This document shows, piece by piece, positions 49,469 to 58,653 of a stretch of 64,000 nt of DNA; within the stretch, counting starts at the first letter, position 1, and every line of letters starts with the position of its first letter. The notes beneath the pieces were generated by a model. It did no database searches. It was not told the DNA's origin and saw only the letters and a list, made by a program, of their open reading frames with translations. The stretch is from a virus (Duplodnaviria; Caudoviricetes): IMG/VR virus record IMGVR_UViG_3300024322_000001; one strand, written 5' to 3'. Both the position numbers and the translations under genes were made by a program.

Positions 49469-50158
49469 CTAATCTAAATCTCCTAAAGAGTTGAGAAAGT
49501 AATTAGCTATTTCAATTCCATCTTCATCGTCTCTCTCTTCAAAGTATTCTAAGTATTGATCTGCAGAAAGAATAAGAGCTTGGACATCATCAATACCGTC
49601 TTTTCTAAACGGCTTAGTTCCCATTATAATTTTTCTTCCTTGAGGTGTAGACTTATACATATCGGTTAACTTTTTAGCTACTTTCAAGTATTTCGGATCT
49701 CCAGTCTCTGGTTGATGTACAGGTTTCACTGGTTTACTTGCTTTTTTCCAAACTTTAACAGCTCGTGTAATCCACAAACGATTACCATAGTTGTCTAATC
49801 CATCAAAATATTTTACTTCTCCATTTTCATCTTTTACTAAATCCCTTGTTCCTGTGTGACCAATTTTTTTAGTATGTGATTCTTTCCTTTTATTTTTATA
49901 ATAATCTCTTACTTCTTCTTCTGAATTCAACTTCATAATTTCATCAGCATAGAATTGATAATCATACTTAGAATTGTACGGAACTGGGAATGCACGGCCG
50001 TAACTTTCATCTTCCCACTTAATCAGCGCTATTTGTTGAGGTGTTGCTCCTGAGATATTTACTGTATAATCTGCAATACCACTAGACGTATATGTATCTG
50101 CACTATTAGAAGTAAGTCTATTTTCTGTTAAGAATTTTCTTAAATCAAAGTTATTCAT
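49469..50158 (-). CDS. Putative capsid-internal protein, MNNF-leader family
   Basis: MNNFDLRKFLTENRLTSNS leader. Confidence 0.7.
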   Translation of the reverse strand: MNNFDLRKFLTENRLTSNSADTYTSSGIADYTVNISGATPQQIALIKWEDESYGRAFPVPYNSKYDYQFYADEIMKLNSEEEVRDYYKNKRKESHTKKIGHTGTRDLVKDENGEVKYFDGLDNYGNRLWITRAVKVWKKASKPVKPVHQPETGDPKYLKVAKKLTDMYKSTPQGRKIIMGTKPFRKDGIDDVQALILSADQYLEYFEERDDEDGIEIANYFLNSLGDLD

Positions 50159-50173
50159 TTTATTAATTTTATA

Positions 50174-52462
50174 TTAAGCTTCTGGATCTTCTCCTGGTTC
50201 TTCAAAGTCTATTGGTTCTCCGCCTAAGTCTGCACCTCCGGCATCATCTGCTGGTGCTTCATCTCCTCCAGCGTCTCCACCAAGAGCATCAACTCCTGCA
50301 TCATCTCCTCCGCCTCCTGCATCAGAACCAGGGAAGTCGCCTCCTCCACCTCCACCGGAACTTCCAGTATCGGTATCAGCAGCTTCTGCATCTCCAGACC
50401 CGCCCATTGGTCCTTCTTTGTAAAGCCTAGCCAACTTATCTAAAGCTTGTTGATAATCATCTATCTTATCGATGTAATAGCGTTTACCTAGTATCTGAGC
50501 TTCAAATGCTGTTCCAGTCCACTTAAGAATATAAGATTGACCGTTTTTAATGTTCACCCTAAATGATGATGGTCTAGGCGAAATCCAGTCAATACTGGTT
50601 ACAAATTCTTTAAACTGATCAGTTTGTAGCTTGATTATAGCTTTTTTTAATGTTGGGAACTTCCCTAGTATAATATCTGTTGCATCCTCTAATATAGTCT
50701 CTTTAGGAGCATCCATATCAGGTTCTTCTTCTGGTACTGTTTCTTCTTTTATTACTCCTTCTTGATAATACTCATCATCGTCGTAATCATCATAGTCATC
50801 GTAATCATCTTCTTCTTCAAATTCAGGCTCATAATCAAATATACCTCCTAAAGTATTCTTGGTGTACTCTCCTTCTTTTGACTCTATATAGTCTAAGATA
50901 GAAATTAGCACATCTTTGATTGTTTTTTCGTAATCAGTACCTTCTTTAAATATTTTTGCTACTACAGCTCTTAATGGATGATTTGCGTTAACTAAAAATG
51001 AGTGAGCAGGTCCGGCAGTTTCAATACCATATCCTGTAAAATATTCATCACCGTCGTTATAGTATCTATAAATAATTCTATTGATAGCTCTTAACATTTC
51101 ACCTTCTACTGTTTCTGCATCTCCGTTTCCAGGTACTAACTTATCGTATAAAGGTTCGTTTCTATCTTCTAATTCTTTACCTACAAATTCAGTAACTACA
51201 TCTTCAGTAGTATAAGCATCGTATCTATCTTGATCACTTTGTGCTGCATTTAGCATATCGTTTAGGTCATGATCTTTTTGGAAAGCAGAATTTTTTAAAG
51301 TTACTGCGTTAGGTAAATCATCTCCTCTACCTATGTGGAGTTCAAAATCCTGTCCTTCTTTATAGTTAGATTGTAAATGATCAACTACATCCTGTATTCT
51401 ATCTAAATCGTACCCAAAGGTAACTAATTCCTCATATGCTTCATTTATCTTTCCTACTGCTTGATCATACGACATATTCTTGTTATATACTGATGCTGCT
51501 TTTTCAATAGCATTATCAATCTTATTTAATTGATCACCGTACATATCAGCTACTGGTCCTCCTGTTGGTTCGATTTCTGGATCGTTTTCCATATCGCTCA
51601 TTACTTGAGCTCTTTTAATCTTTAACTTACGAACAATCTCTCTTGCTTTCTCTTCTTTTCTTTGTCCGCTAGCATATGCTCTTGCAGCTGCTTTGCCTTC
51701 AGGAGATTTTTTATAAGCGTCTAATTTTTTCATATCATCAGCTCTCATCTTAGCAACTCTTGCTCTCATAAGAACTGGATCGTTATAGTCTAATGCTTCT
51801 TGTACAGGTTTTACTCTGTCGCTAGGAAATCTTTTAACTGTGCTACCGTCGAATCGTACAAAGGTTTTGTCACCTTCTACTTTTTCAACAGAACCAGTAC
51901 CGAACATTCTACCGTCTTTATCGTATACATGAACTAAGTCATAATGATCGTTGATACCTTCTTCTATTGAAGTAAAAGCTTTCTCAATACCTTCCATCAT
52001 TCTCTGCATCTTAAGCAGATTATACTGTTCAGGTCTCTCTGTTCTTAAGTATCTTTGTAATTTTCTGAAATTAGTTCTGGTTAACTCGAAAAACTCTCTA
52101 GCTGCTTCATCTTTTCTAATATCATCAGACCCCATTAACTTTTTAATATCGCCTATAATATCTGAGAAATTTTTATAAAGAGAACCAAATGAAGGTAGTG
52201 TTATTACCTTATGTCCAATAGTACCTGTTGTAGTATTTTTCTCTGAAGCTTTAAAGTATGTTGACATATCACTACTAAAGAAATCGTGTTTACCATCAAA
52301 CTTTGGTTCACCATACCTTTTGACGATACCTGCTCTTTGCTTATCCGTAAGATCCTCCCATTGAGTAGTTCTGTTACCAGTCTCTTTTTCAATTTGAGCT
52401 TTTGACATTTCATCAATGACTTCGCTGTACGATTCTAATATTAGTTTTTCAAGCTTATGCAT
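50174..52462 (-). CDS. Large modular head-region protein (putative polyprotein)
   Basis: 762 aa; leader MHKLEKLILE; modules bounded by VIDE, SIEE, PVQE, KINE, VVTE, VIKE, TILE; Gly/Asp-rich tail. Confidence 0.65.
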   Translation of the reverse strand: MHKLEKLILESYSEVIDEMSKAQIEKETGNRTTQWEDLTDKQRAGIVKRYGEPKFDGKHDFFSSDMSTYFKASEKNTTTGTIGHKVITLPSFGSLYKNFSDIIGDIKKLMGSDDIRKDEAAREFFELTRTNFRKLQRYLRTERPEQYNLLKMQRMMEGIEKAFTSIEEGINDHYDLVHVYDKDGRMFGTGSVEKVEGDKTFVRFDGSTVKRFPSDRVKPVQEALDYNDPVLMRARVAKMRADDMKKLDAYKKSPEGKAAARAYASGQRKEEKAREIVRKLKIKRAQVMSDMENDPEIEPTGGPVADMYGDQLNKIDNAIEKAASVYNKNMSYDQAVGKINEAYEELVTFGYDLDRIQDVVDHLQSNYKEGQDFELHIGRGDDLPNAVTLKNSAFQKDHDLNDMLNAAQSDQDRYDAYTTEDVVTEFVGKELEDRNEPLYDKLVPGNGDAETVEGEMLRAINRIIYRYYNDGDEYFTGYGIETAGPAHSFLVNANHPLRAVVAKIFKEGTDYEKTIKDVLISILDYIESKEGEYTKNTLGGIFDYEPEFEEEDDYDDYDDYDDDEYYQEGVIKEETVPEEEPDMDAPKETILEDATDIILGKFPTLKKAIIKLQTDQFKEFVTSIDWISPRPSSFRVNIKNGQSYILKWTGTAFEAQILGKRYYIDKIDDYQQALDKLARLYKEGPMGGSGDAEAADTDTGSSGGGGGGDFPGSDAGGGGDDAGVDALGGDAGGDEAPADDAGGADLGGEPIDFEEPGEDPEA

Positions 52463-52465
52463 ATC

Positions 52466-55400
52466 TTATTTATTTCTACAGTGAGACTTTCCTTTTAAAA
52501 AAGGTCTTTTACAGTTTCCTTTAACATGTACTCTACCGCATTTACCGCAGCATGTTGCTCCTTCAGTTAATTCGTCCTTGTTTACTAAGGTTAATTTAAA
52601 AGAGTCATGTAAGCCAGTTTTCCTTTTACCTGGTTTGCCGTTAATAACTCTAACATAAGCATCATGTCTTCCAACTTTTCCATCTACTCTTTGATAAATA
52701 TTACCGTGTTGATTTTTAACATAATCTCCAGGCATAATTTGACCTCCTTTAGCTTCGTTTATATCAGCATCTAATTCAAACTTCTTAAATTTATTTAAAT
52801 CGTTTAAACTTTTCAATTCAACTCTTTTGCCGTCATTATCTAATCCGTAAATATTACCATCATACTTACCCATTCCATCAGAACGTTTACCTGCTAATTT
52901 TTGTTTTAATTCAGCTCCTGCTCTACGTTTAGATACTGATGAAGTCATTCCTAGGTCTTGTCTAGTAGCTTCTTCCATATGCCTCTTTCCTAGTCCAGGT
53001 AAGTTTCTTAGATCTTGTACATATTGATCTGTTTTAACTAAAATAGTACCTAAATTATGACCCTCATCATTTTCATCTACTTTCATTAAGGTAATTTCTG
53101 ATACGCCAGGATTAAAGTCTGGATCTTTATCTTTAAAGTTACTATTGTAGTATTGTTTTTGATGCATTCTATATTTTTGACCTTCATGCTCTAAATTATG
53201 ATATTGCATGTGAACAAACATTGGTGCGTATTGACCCATTCTAGCTTTGATACCACTCTTATCATGTTTCTTTAAAGCTTCAAATGCATCGTTTTCACTA
53301 GCTACCCCTTTAGGTAATAGATCTGCAAATAATTGTTTACCGAACATATCAGGCGCTCTTTTGTTAGCATCGTCGATTACTTCTGAACCTTTAAATCTAT
53401 CATCAGTAAATTCTTTTAATACTGATTCGTTAGTATATACTTCTCCGTCTTCGATTTCATATCCTTCTTCTTCTAATCTGTCTACAAAGCCTCCTAGAGT
53501 GACATCGTATCTATTACCTGAATACATGTTATTAAAAGCACCGTAAGCATCTAATCTTGATAGCTCGTTAGGAAATGTATGTCTAACTACTTCTCTTGCT
53601 TCTTCTCCTTTAGACTCGATTTCATCGATTAAATCTCTTAACTCTCTAATTGCATCTTGAACTTCGTCTTCAGTAACTTCTGTTAGTTCCTGACTATGGT
53701 GTGTACCGGCTACTGCTCTTTCTAATTCAGCTTCTAGTTTCTTTTTAGTTATAGTAAGAGATCTAAGTTGGTCAACAACTGATTTATCACCTGCTTTGTA
53801 TTTCTTAGCAAGATCTTTCATTATACTAATTACCTTACCGTAAGCTGTTTGAATCTTAGCAGCGGATGCTTCGTCCATATTTTTACGTCTAGGTATTTGA
53901 GTTGACATATCCTTTAAGTCACCTTGTACCGATTGCATTGCTCTAGCTAATGTTGAAAACTCTTCTGCAGGAACATGAATATAATCCCCACCGTAAGTAA
54001 TCTGTACCATTAATCCTCTTTTACCGCCAGAGAATCTTTTTATATTGATACCATTTTTATCATATAATTCAGTACCTTCATTCATTGCATGCTCTAAAGC
54101 TAGTTTATCAATAAGAGGTTGTTTTTCTTCTGAATCTAAATAATGGTAAGCTGCAGACATATAGTCTCTAGCTAAGATTAATTTCTTTTGCCACCAGTTA
54201 GGAAAATCTACTTCTCCATCTACTTGATCATATTGAGCTAATTTCTTTGCTAATTTAGCAGCATAAGTAGCTGTTTCAAAAGCAGATGACTTTAACATAC
54301 TAGGCTCATCATCTTGATGTCCTATGTCTAAATCTTCTCCTAAAGGTCTTCCGTCATCATCATATGCTACTCCATGATCTTCTTCATCATCTTTCTGTTC
54401 TTGATCAGGATCGTAGTTTTCATCCATATCAGCAGATGAATCTACTACTGTGATATCGTTAGCTCGTAAATCCATTACTACATCGTACATAAATGCACTT
54501 GGATCTTCATCTGGTTCTTGGTAGAATTCTGGGTTTTCTTTTCCTTCTGGATCGTCGTACATATCGTCAAATCCATATTCGTGTCTAAATACAAAGTATA
54601 TAATTACATTTCCAGCTCCGTCATTGTCAACAACCTCCATTTTAACATAAGTTGGATCTACATTTTGATCTAAGATAGACATAGCTTTCTTATAATCTCC
54701 TCTAGATACTTTTAAGTAGTGGTGATCGTCTCCTTCTCCTTCTTTAACTCCTACTTTATCTCTTTTGGCAAATACCTTTTCTTTATCTTTATCAGATAAT
54801 TTACTGAAGCTTACACCATCGAATTCACGATGTGCAATTAAATCTAATCTATCTTCTTCTTCGTGGCTTAATTTTCTGCCTTTGAAATTATACTCTTCAG
54901 ATAATGATTTAAAGTGTTTTAATAGTTCATTTGCTAGTACATCCCTGTTAATGATTGCCTCTCCCGAAGGTTTAACACCTACCTCTACTAATTCTTTATC
55001 GAAGGAAAAATCTACTAAATGTAATGCATCATCTATAATATAGAAAGAGAATTCATCCATATTACCTTCTGCTTTATACTCTACGTGTATATCAAAGCTG
55101 TTTGGCTCTATATGATGAGCTTTCATTGATTCTAACTCATCTCCACCTTTCTTTAACGCTATAGCTAAAGATTTACCTACTTCTTTTGCTATCTTCTTAG
55201 TTTCGTTTTGATCAAACTCTACTCCGTTATTTTTCTTAAAAAGACTATTTTCTTTAACTTCTTCTCCTGCTGCTGTCTTTATCTTATCGACATCATCGGA
55301 AGATTTAAGTGCAGTAACTTCGTCATCTGATAGTTTAGCTAATGTAGGTTTACCTCCTTTTGGTGTGAGTAGGTAGGATTCTTCTTCTTTAAGTATTTTT

Positions 55401-55552
55401 TTATATTTCTTGATGCTTTCTTTAAGTACTTTAATTACTTTGTTTACATCTTTAGAATCGCCTTTGTCCTTAGTAGACACTCCTTTGGTTTGTATTAACT
55501 CTAAAGTCACTTGACATTTGTTAAGGCGCTTTTTTATTTCCTCGTAGTTCAT
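52466..55552 (-). CDS. Large modular head-region protein (putative polyprotein)
   Basis: 1028 aa; about 13 modules bounded by [ILVM]-x-E; Cys/His-rich basic tail. Confidence 0.65.
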   Translation of the reverse strand: MNYEEIKKRLNKCQVTLELIQTKGVSTKDKGDSKDVNKVIKVLKESIKKYKKILKEEESYLLTPKGGKPTLAKLSDDEVTALKSSDDVDKIKTAAGEEVKENSLFKKNNGVEFDQNETKKIAKEVGKSLAIALKKGGDELESMKAHHIEPNSFDIHVEYKAEGNMDEFSFYIIDDALHLVDFSFDKELVEVGVKPSGEAIINRDVLANELLKHFKSLSEEYNFKGRKLSHEEEDRLDLIAHREFDGVSFSKLSDKDKEKVFAKRDKVGVKEGEGDDHHYLKVSRGDYKKAMSILDQNVDPTYVKMEVVDNDGAGNVIIYFVFRHEYGFDDMYDDPEGKENPEFYQEPDEDPSAFMYDVVMDLRANDITVVDSSADMDENYDPDQEQKDDEEDHGVAYDDDGRPLGEDLDIGHQDDEPSMLKSSAFETATYAAKLAKKLAQYDQVDGEVDFPNWWQKKLILARDYMSAAYHYLDSEEKQPLIDKLALEHAMNEGTELYDKNGINIKRFSGGKRGLMVQITYGGDYIHVPAEEFSTLARAMQSVQGDLKDMSTQIPRRKNMDEASAAKIQTAYGKVISIMKDLAKKYKAGDKSVVDQLRSLTITKKKLEAELERAVAGTHHSQELTEVTEDEVQDAIRELRDLIDEIESKGEEAREVVRHTFPNELSRLDAYGAFNNMYSGNRYDVTLGGFVDRLEEEGYEIEDGEVYTNESVLKEFTDDRFKGSEVIDDANKRAPDMFGKQLFADLLPKGVASENDAFEALKKHDKSGIKARMGQYAPMFVHMQYHNLEHEGQKYRMHQKQYYNSNFKDKDPDFNPGVSEITLMKVDENDEGHNLGTILVKTDQYVQDLRNLPGLGKRHMEEATRQDLGMTSSVSKRRAGAELKQKLAGKRSDGMGKYDGNIYGLDNDGKRVELKSLNDLNKFKKFELDADINEAKGGQIMPGDYVKNQHGNIYQRVDGKVGRHDAYVRVINGKPGKRKTGLHDSFKLTLVNKDELTEGATCCGKCGRVHVKGNCKRPFLKGKSHCRNK

Positions 55553-55581
55553 ATAATATAAATTTTATATACGTATATAAT

Positions 55582-55589
55582 TATAAATA
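55582..55589 (-). promoter_or_regulatory. Late-promoter-like TATTTATA upstream of the 1028-aa gene
   Basis: Recurrent upstream octamer. Confidence 0.5.
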
Positions 55590-55591
55590 GA

Positions 55592-56221
55592 TCAATTACT
55601 CCAAATAACGTTTTTGAATTTCTCAGGAGAGAGACCAAAATAGTTAGTTCTCCATTGAGTCTGTTCAAAAAAATCTAAGTCGTACCACTGGTCACGTATA
55701 CTCCATAAAGACTTTGCTACATCGTCCCAATCTAATTTAAGAATAAATTCTTCAATTTCCAACTTTTTTTCAATAACTGCATCATAGTCAAAGCTATCCC
55801 ATTCATAATGGAATACTTCAAATACTGCATCTTTAGAAACATAATCTATTGATATATCGATTCCCCATTTAGGTTTCATTTTCACAAGTTTATATAACAT
55901 CGGATTATATTCCTGAGCAATTGCTTCGATTTGTTCTTTAGCTACAGATTTAAATCCTTTTCTTTCAAATAAATCAGAATGATTAATATGAGCACCGTCT
56001 TTCTTATCCCAGGTAAACCAATCGTACCTCATACAATCTTCATGGCGACGTTCGAATTGTTTATAACCATTACAAACCAAAAAAGCCTGTTCGGCTTTTG
56101 TTAAGTGGTAACCATTTTGGTCAAATAAATCTACAGAGTTAGTATTTTTTAAAACGTCTATGTCTTCTGTTGGGTCTAAAAAATAAGCTTCCTTATGTAG
56201 TTTATTATCTGATAATATCAT
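55592..56221 (-). CDS. Hypothetical protein
   Basis: 209-aa ORF; LFDQNGY, INHS.LFER, KPKWGIDISIDY. Confidence 0.65.
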   Translation of the reverse strand: MILSDNKLHKEAYFLDPTEDIDVLKNTNSVDLFDQNGYHLTKAEQAFLVCNGYKQFERRHEDCMRYDWFTWDKKDGAHINHSDLFERKGFKSVAKEQIEAIAQEYNPMLYKLVKMKPKWGIDISIDYVSKDAVFEVFHYEWDSFDYDAVIEKKLEIEEFILKLDWDDVAKSLWSIRDQWYDLDFFEQTQWRTNYFGLSPEKFKNVIWSN

Positions 56222-56439
56222 TTTTTACCTGATTTCATATTAGCGCACCAGTGATACATCTTACCTTTTTCTCCTCCGTACTTTTTTGCTTTCGCTCTTA
56301 ACGAAGTAACTGAACCTTTACAGGAGGCTCCTGATTTTTTAACTCTACCGGGTTTAGACTTACCTTTAACTTTACCGTCTTTAAAGTTTTCTACGGTAAG
56401 TACTTCTCTTATTAATTCTGTAAGTTGAGTTCTAGTCAT
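56218..56439 (-). CDS. Small basic protein with leader
   Basis: MTRTQLTELIREVLTVE then a Lys/Gly-rich body. Confidence 0.65.
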   Translation of the reverse strand: MTRTQLTELIREVLTVENFKDGKVKGKSKPGRVKKSGASCKGSVTSLRAKAKKYGGEKGKMYHWCANMKSGKK

Positions 56440-56845
56440 TTCTTTCTTGCCAATCCAGTGATACTTCGTTCTTTGTAATCGGTCCTCCTTTAGCCCATGT
56501 TCTACAACTACGAGCAGAGTGACATTTAAAATGATGCATCCAGCAGTACCCTAATCTACCTTCATCATCAGAAGTAACTCCTGGCATACAATCGTCCATT
56601 CTAGGAGAAATGTCAAAAGCAACACAGTTACTACAATTAGTTCCTTTTGCTGCTTCTTCAGTTGTATTCCAGTATTTAGCTATATCTTTCCAATAACTAC
56701 CAGGTTCAGATACATTTAAAGGACCATATTGAATATGCTCTGCTTTGATAGCTGAATCTCTATTTTTAGTATTGAGTTCGAGATCTTGAGTGGCTGCTGG
56801 GCATGCTTCTCTTTTCATCTCTTTTAAAATTCTACTAAGTTTCAT
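56432..56845 (-). CDS. Cys-rich protein with HiPIP-like CxxC..C..CxxW pattern; start refined to MKLSRILKE
   Basis: NCSNCVAF...GYCWMHHFKCHSARSCRTW. Confidence 0.6.
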   Translation of the reverse strand: MKLSRILKEMKREACPAATQDLELNTKNRDSAIKAEHIQYGPLNVSEPGSYWKDIAKYWNTTEEAAKGTNCSNCVAFDISPRMDDCMPGVTSDDEGRLGYCWMHHFKCHSARSCRTWAKGGPITKNEVSLDWQERND

Positions 56846-56846
56846 A

Positions 56847-57689
56847 TTACTTCTTTTTCCAGATTTCACCTCTTCTACATCTAACTACTGCTCCTGAAGC
56901 ATAAGCTGATGGCCATGTATCGTATTTACTTTTAGCTAATCTAGTACATCTATCGTCTTTCTCCATTAGTACCTCGTTAGTCCCAATGAACTTTATAATA
57001 TCATCATTCTGATCTGCCCAAGCTAGTGCTCTTTCAGGGTCTTCATAGTACATGTCCTCAAAAACATCTAAAAGCTCGTTTGCAGTTTTGTAAACTGCTA
57101 AGTTGTCTGGGCTGCGCTGTAATCCGTGGTGTCCTAATTGATTTAAATCAGTAAATAAATCATCTGATGGAAGGTACCTATAATAAGGTCCTTTTTTTAA
57201 TACCTTAAAGTTAGTATTTTGCATTTCATGTACCATTCCAACCACTAAGTTTTGAATATCTTCTTTTGTCTGTTTCTTCCAATCAAAACCTGTGCCTTTA
57301 ATTGTAGAACCAGCTTTAGGATCTGAACCGGCAAATTTGTCCGCTTCTTTTCTATCTTTTGTCGCTTGTGACATTGGCCATTTATAATTACTGCCTTGAT
57401 GTTTACCTTTATACTCTTCTTTTTTTACTGTTGCTTTTTTTGTATTTTTCACGACTGTCTTTCCTTTTTTACCTGCCTTCTTTTTCTTAGCTGCGGTTGC
57501 TGCTCTTTCACCTTTAGTTAAACTTTGTGCTTTTGCTTTCGGTAAGCATCTATCAGGATTCTTCTTATTTTTAGAAGTACCGCATGGGCCAGCTATATTA
57601 CCAGAAGAAGAGATGCGTACCCACTTCTCTTTCTTAAACCAGTCTCTTAAAGACTCTGATACTATATTTGCTATCTCCTTATTTGTCAT
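56847..57689 (-). CDS. Basic modular protein with leader
   Basis: MTNKEIANIVSE then LRDWFKKEKWV..CG..RCLP module and C-terminal WPSAYASGAVVRCR module. Confidence 0.65.
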   Translation of the reverse strand: MTNKEIANIVSESLRDWFKKEKWVRISSSGNIAGPCGTSKNKKNPDRCLPKAKAQSLTKGERAATAAKKKKAGKKGKTVVKNTKKATVKKEEYKGKHQGSNYKWPMSQATKDRKEADKFAGSDPKAGSTIKGTGFDWKKQTKEDIQNLVVGMVHEMQNTNFKVLKKGPYYRYLPSDDLFTDLNQLGHHGLQRSPDNLAVYKTANELLDVFEDMYYEDPERALAWADQNDDIIKFIGTNEVLMEKDDRCTRLAKSKYDTWPSAYASGAVVRCRRGEIWKKK

Positions 57690-58042
57690 TGCTGTTTTAA
57701 TACTTCGGAAAGTAATTTAATTATTACTCCTGCTAATCCTGTAAATAATATCCAAAGAGCTTTAGTTACACCTTCCTTCCATCTTTTAAGCTCTTCTACC
57801 TCTATCATCTTAGTAACAAAGTCTTTATCACCTTGCTGCATTTTGCGTCTAAAAGCTGTGTTTTGATTAGTCTTTACTATAACACCATCTTCTGGGTTGA
57901 GTAGCGTATATTTGAGATCGGAGAGATCTTCTTTAAGACCTTCCATATCCTTTTGCATTTGGATAAGTTCTCCATTGGGCATGCTCTTCTTAATAGAGCT
58001 AAGTTCTTTGAGTACTGACTCAAGTAGTTGCTTCTGTGTCAT
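57686..58042 (-). CDS. Coiled-coil protein with a C-terminal transmembrane helix (holin-like?)
   Basis: ALWILFTGLAGVIIKLL. Confidence 0.45.
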   Translation of the reverse strand: MTQKQLLESVLKELSSIKKSMPNGELIQMQKDMEGLKEDLSDLKYTLLNPEDGVIVKTNQNTAFRRKMQQGDKDFVTKMIEVEELKRWKEGVTKALWILFTGLAGVIIKLLSEVLKQQ

Positions 58043-58074
58043 CGATAAGACTTTAACTATAAATAGAGCTAATT

Positions 58075-58653
58075 TTACTTAGTATGGTCTTTAAGTAGGC
58101 TAATATAGTTTCTTAAGTCTTCAGTAATTCTACTTTTGTAATCTTTAGATACATCACCCCAATCTTCCTTGTCACCTGCTTCTGTAACCATTGAAATGTT
58201 ATCCTGTAGGCTTTCTGTAACCCATGCTTCTAGGTTTACAATAAATGCTTCAATATTTCCTTTGGTCATTTGCTTTTCATACTCATCATAAAGACCTGCA
58301 TGTTTCAAGCTTGTTTCATATACCACTACACAGTCTAAACAAAATCCATGTATCTTATACATTTTTTCATCTAAACGTTTTTTCATTCTAGTACCACACT
58401 TAGGGCAGCATAACGGCATTCTTATAGCTTTTTTGGCTTTATCTAACTTTGTAATATTCTGCTTAATGCCATTTTTTATAGTCCATTGCTTACCGCCTTC
58501 TTCCCAAATGTCACCTTCTTTGTAATGAGAGTATTTTTTTTGATATCCGGTTTGAGATTTAGTTTTTGCAGAGAAGTCTTTATTTACTATATTTCTAACT
58601 CTTTGTACATCTGCTTGCTTAAACTCTTTTTTAAGTAGAGATTCTTTACTCAT
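58075..58653 (-). CDS. Hypothetical zinc-finger protein
   Basis: CPKC...CLDC. Confidence 0.6.
   Translation of the reverse strand: MSKESLLKKEFKQADVQRVRNIVNKDFSAKTKSQTGYQKKYSHYKEGDIWEEGGKQWTIKNGIKQNITKLDKAKKAIRMPLCCPKCGTRMKKRLDEKMYKIHGFCLDCVVVYETSLKHAGLYDEYEKQMTKGNIEAFIVNLEAWVTESLQDNISMVTEAGDKEDWGDVSKDYKSRITEDLRNYISLLKDHTK

Larger units (their letters stand above)
48766..50158 (-). repeat. Dispersed ~40-60 bp leader-coding repeats at about 48766-48825, 49103-49141, 49382-49441 and 50102-50158 (fifth copy about 39299-39356)
   Basis: ATGAATAACTTT[GA]A[TC][TC]TAAGAAAATT[TC]TTAA... at the start of otherwise unrelated genes. Confidence 0.9.

Noticed and set aside
47827-50158. Leader repeats as a CRISPR array or integron attC cassette array
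   Set aside because: The repeats are protein-coding, degenerate at synonymous sites, non-palindromic and spaced by whole genes; no cas or integrase gene is in the window.
52204-52416. 70-aa minus-strand ORF nested in 50174-52462
   Set aside because: Short alternative-frame ORF with no motif or start context.
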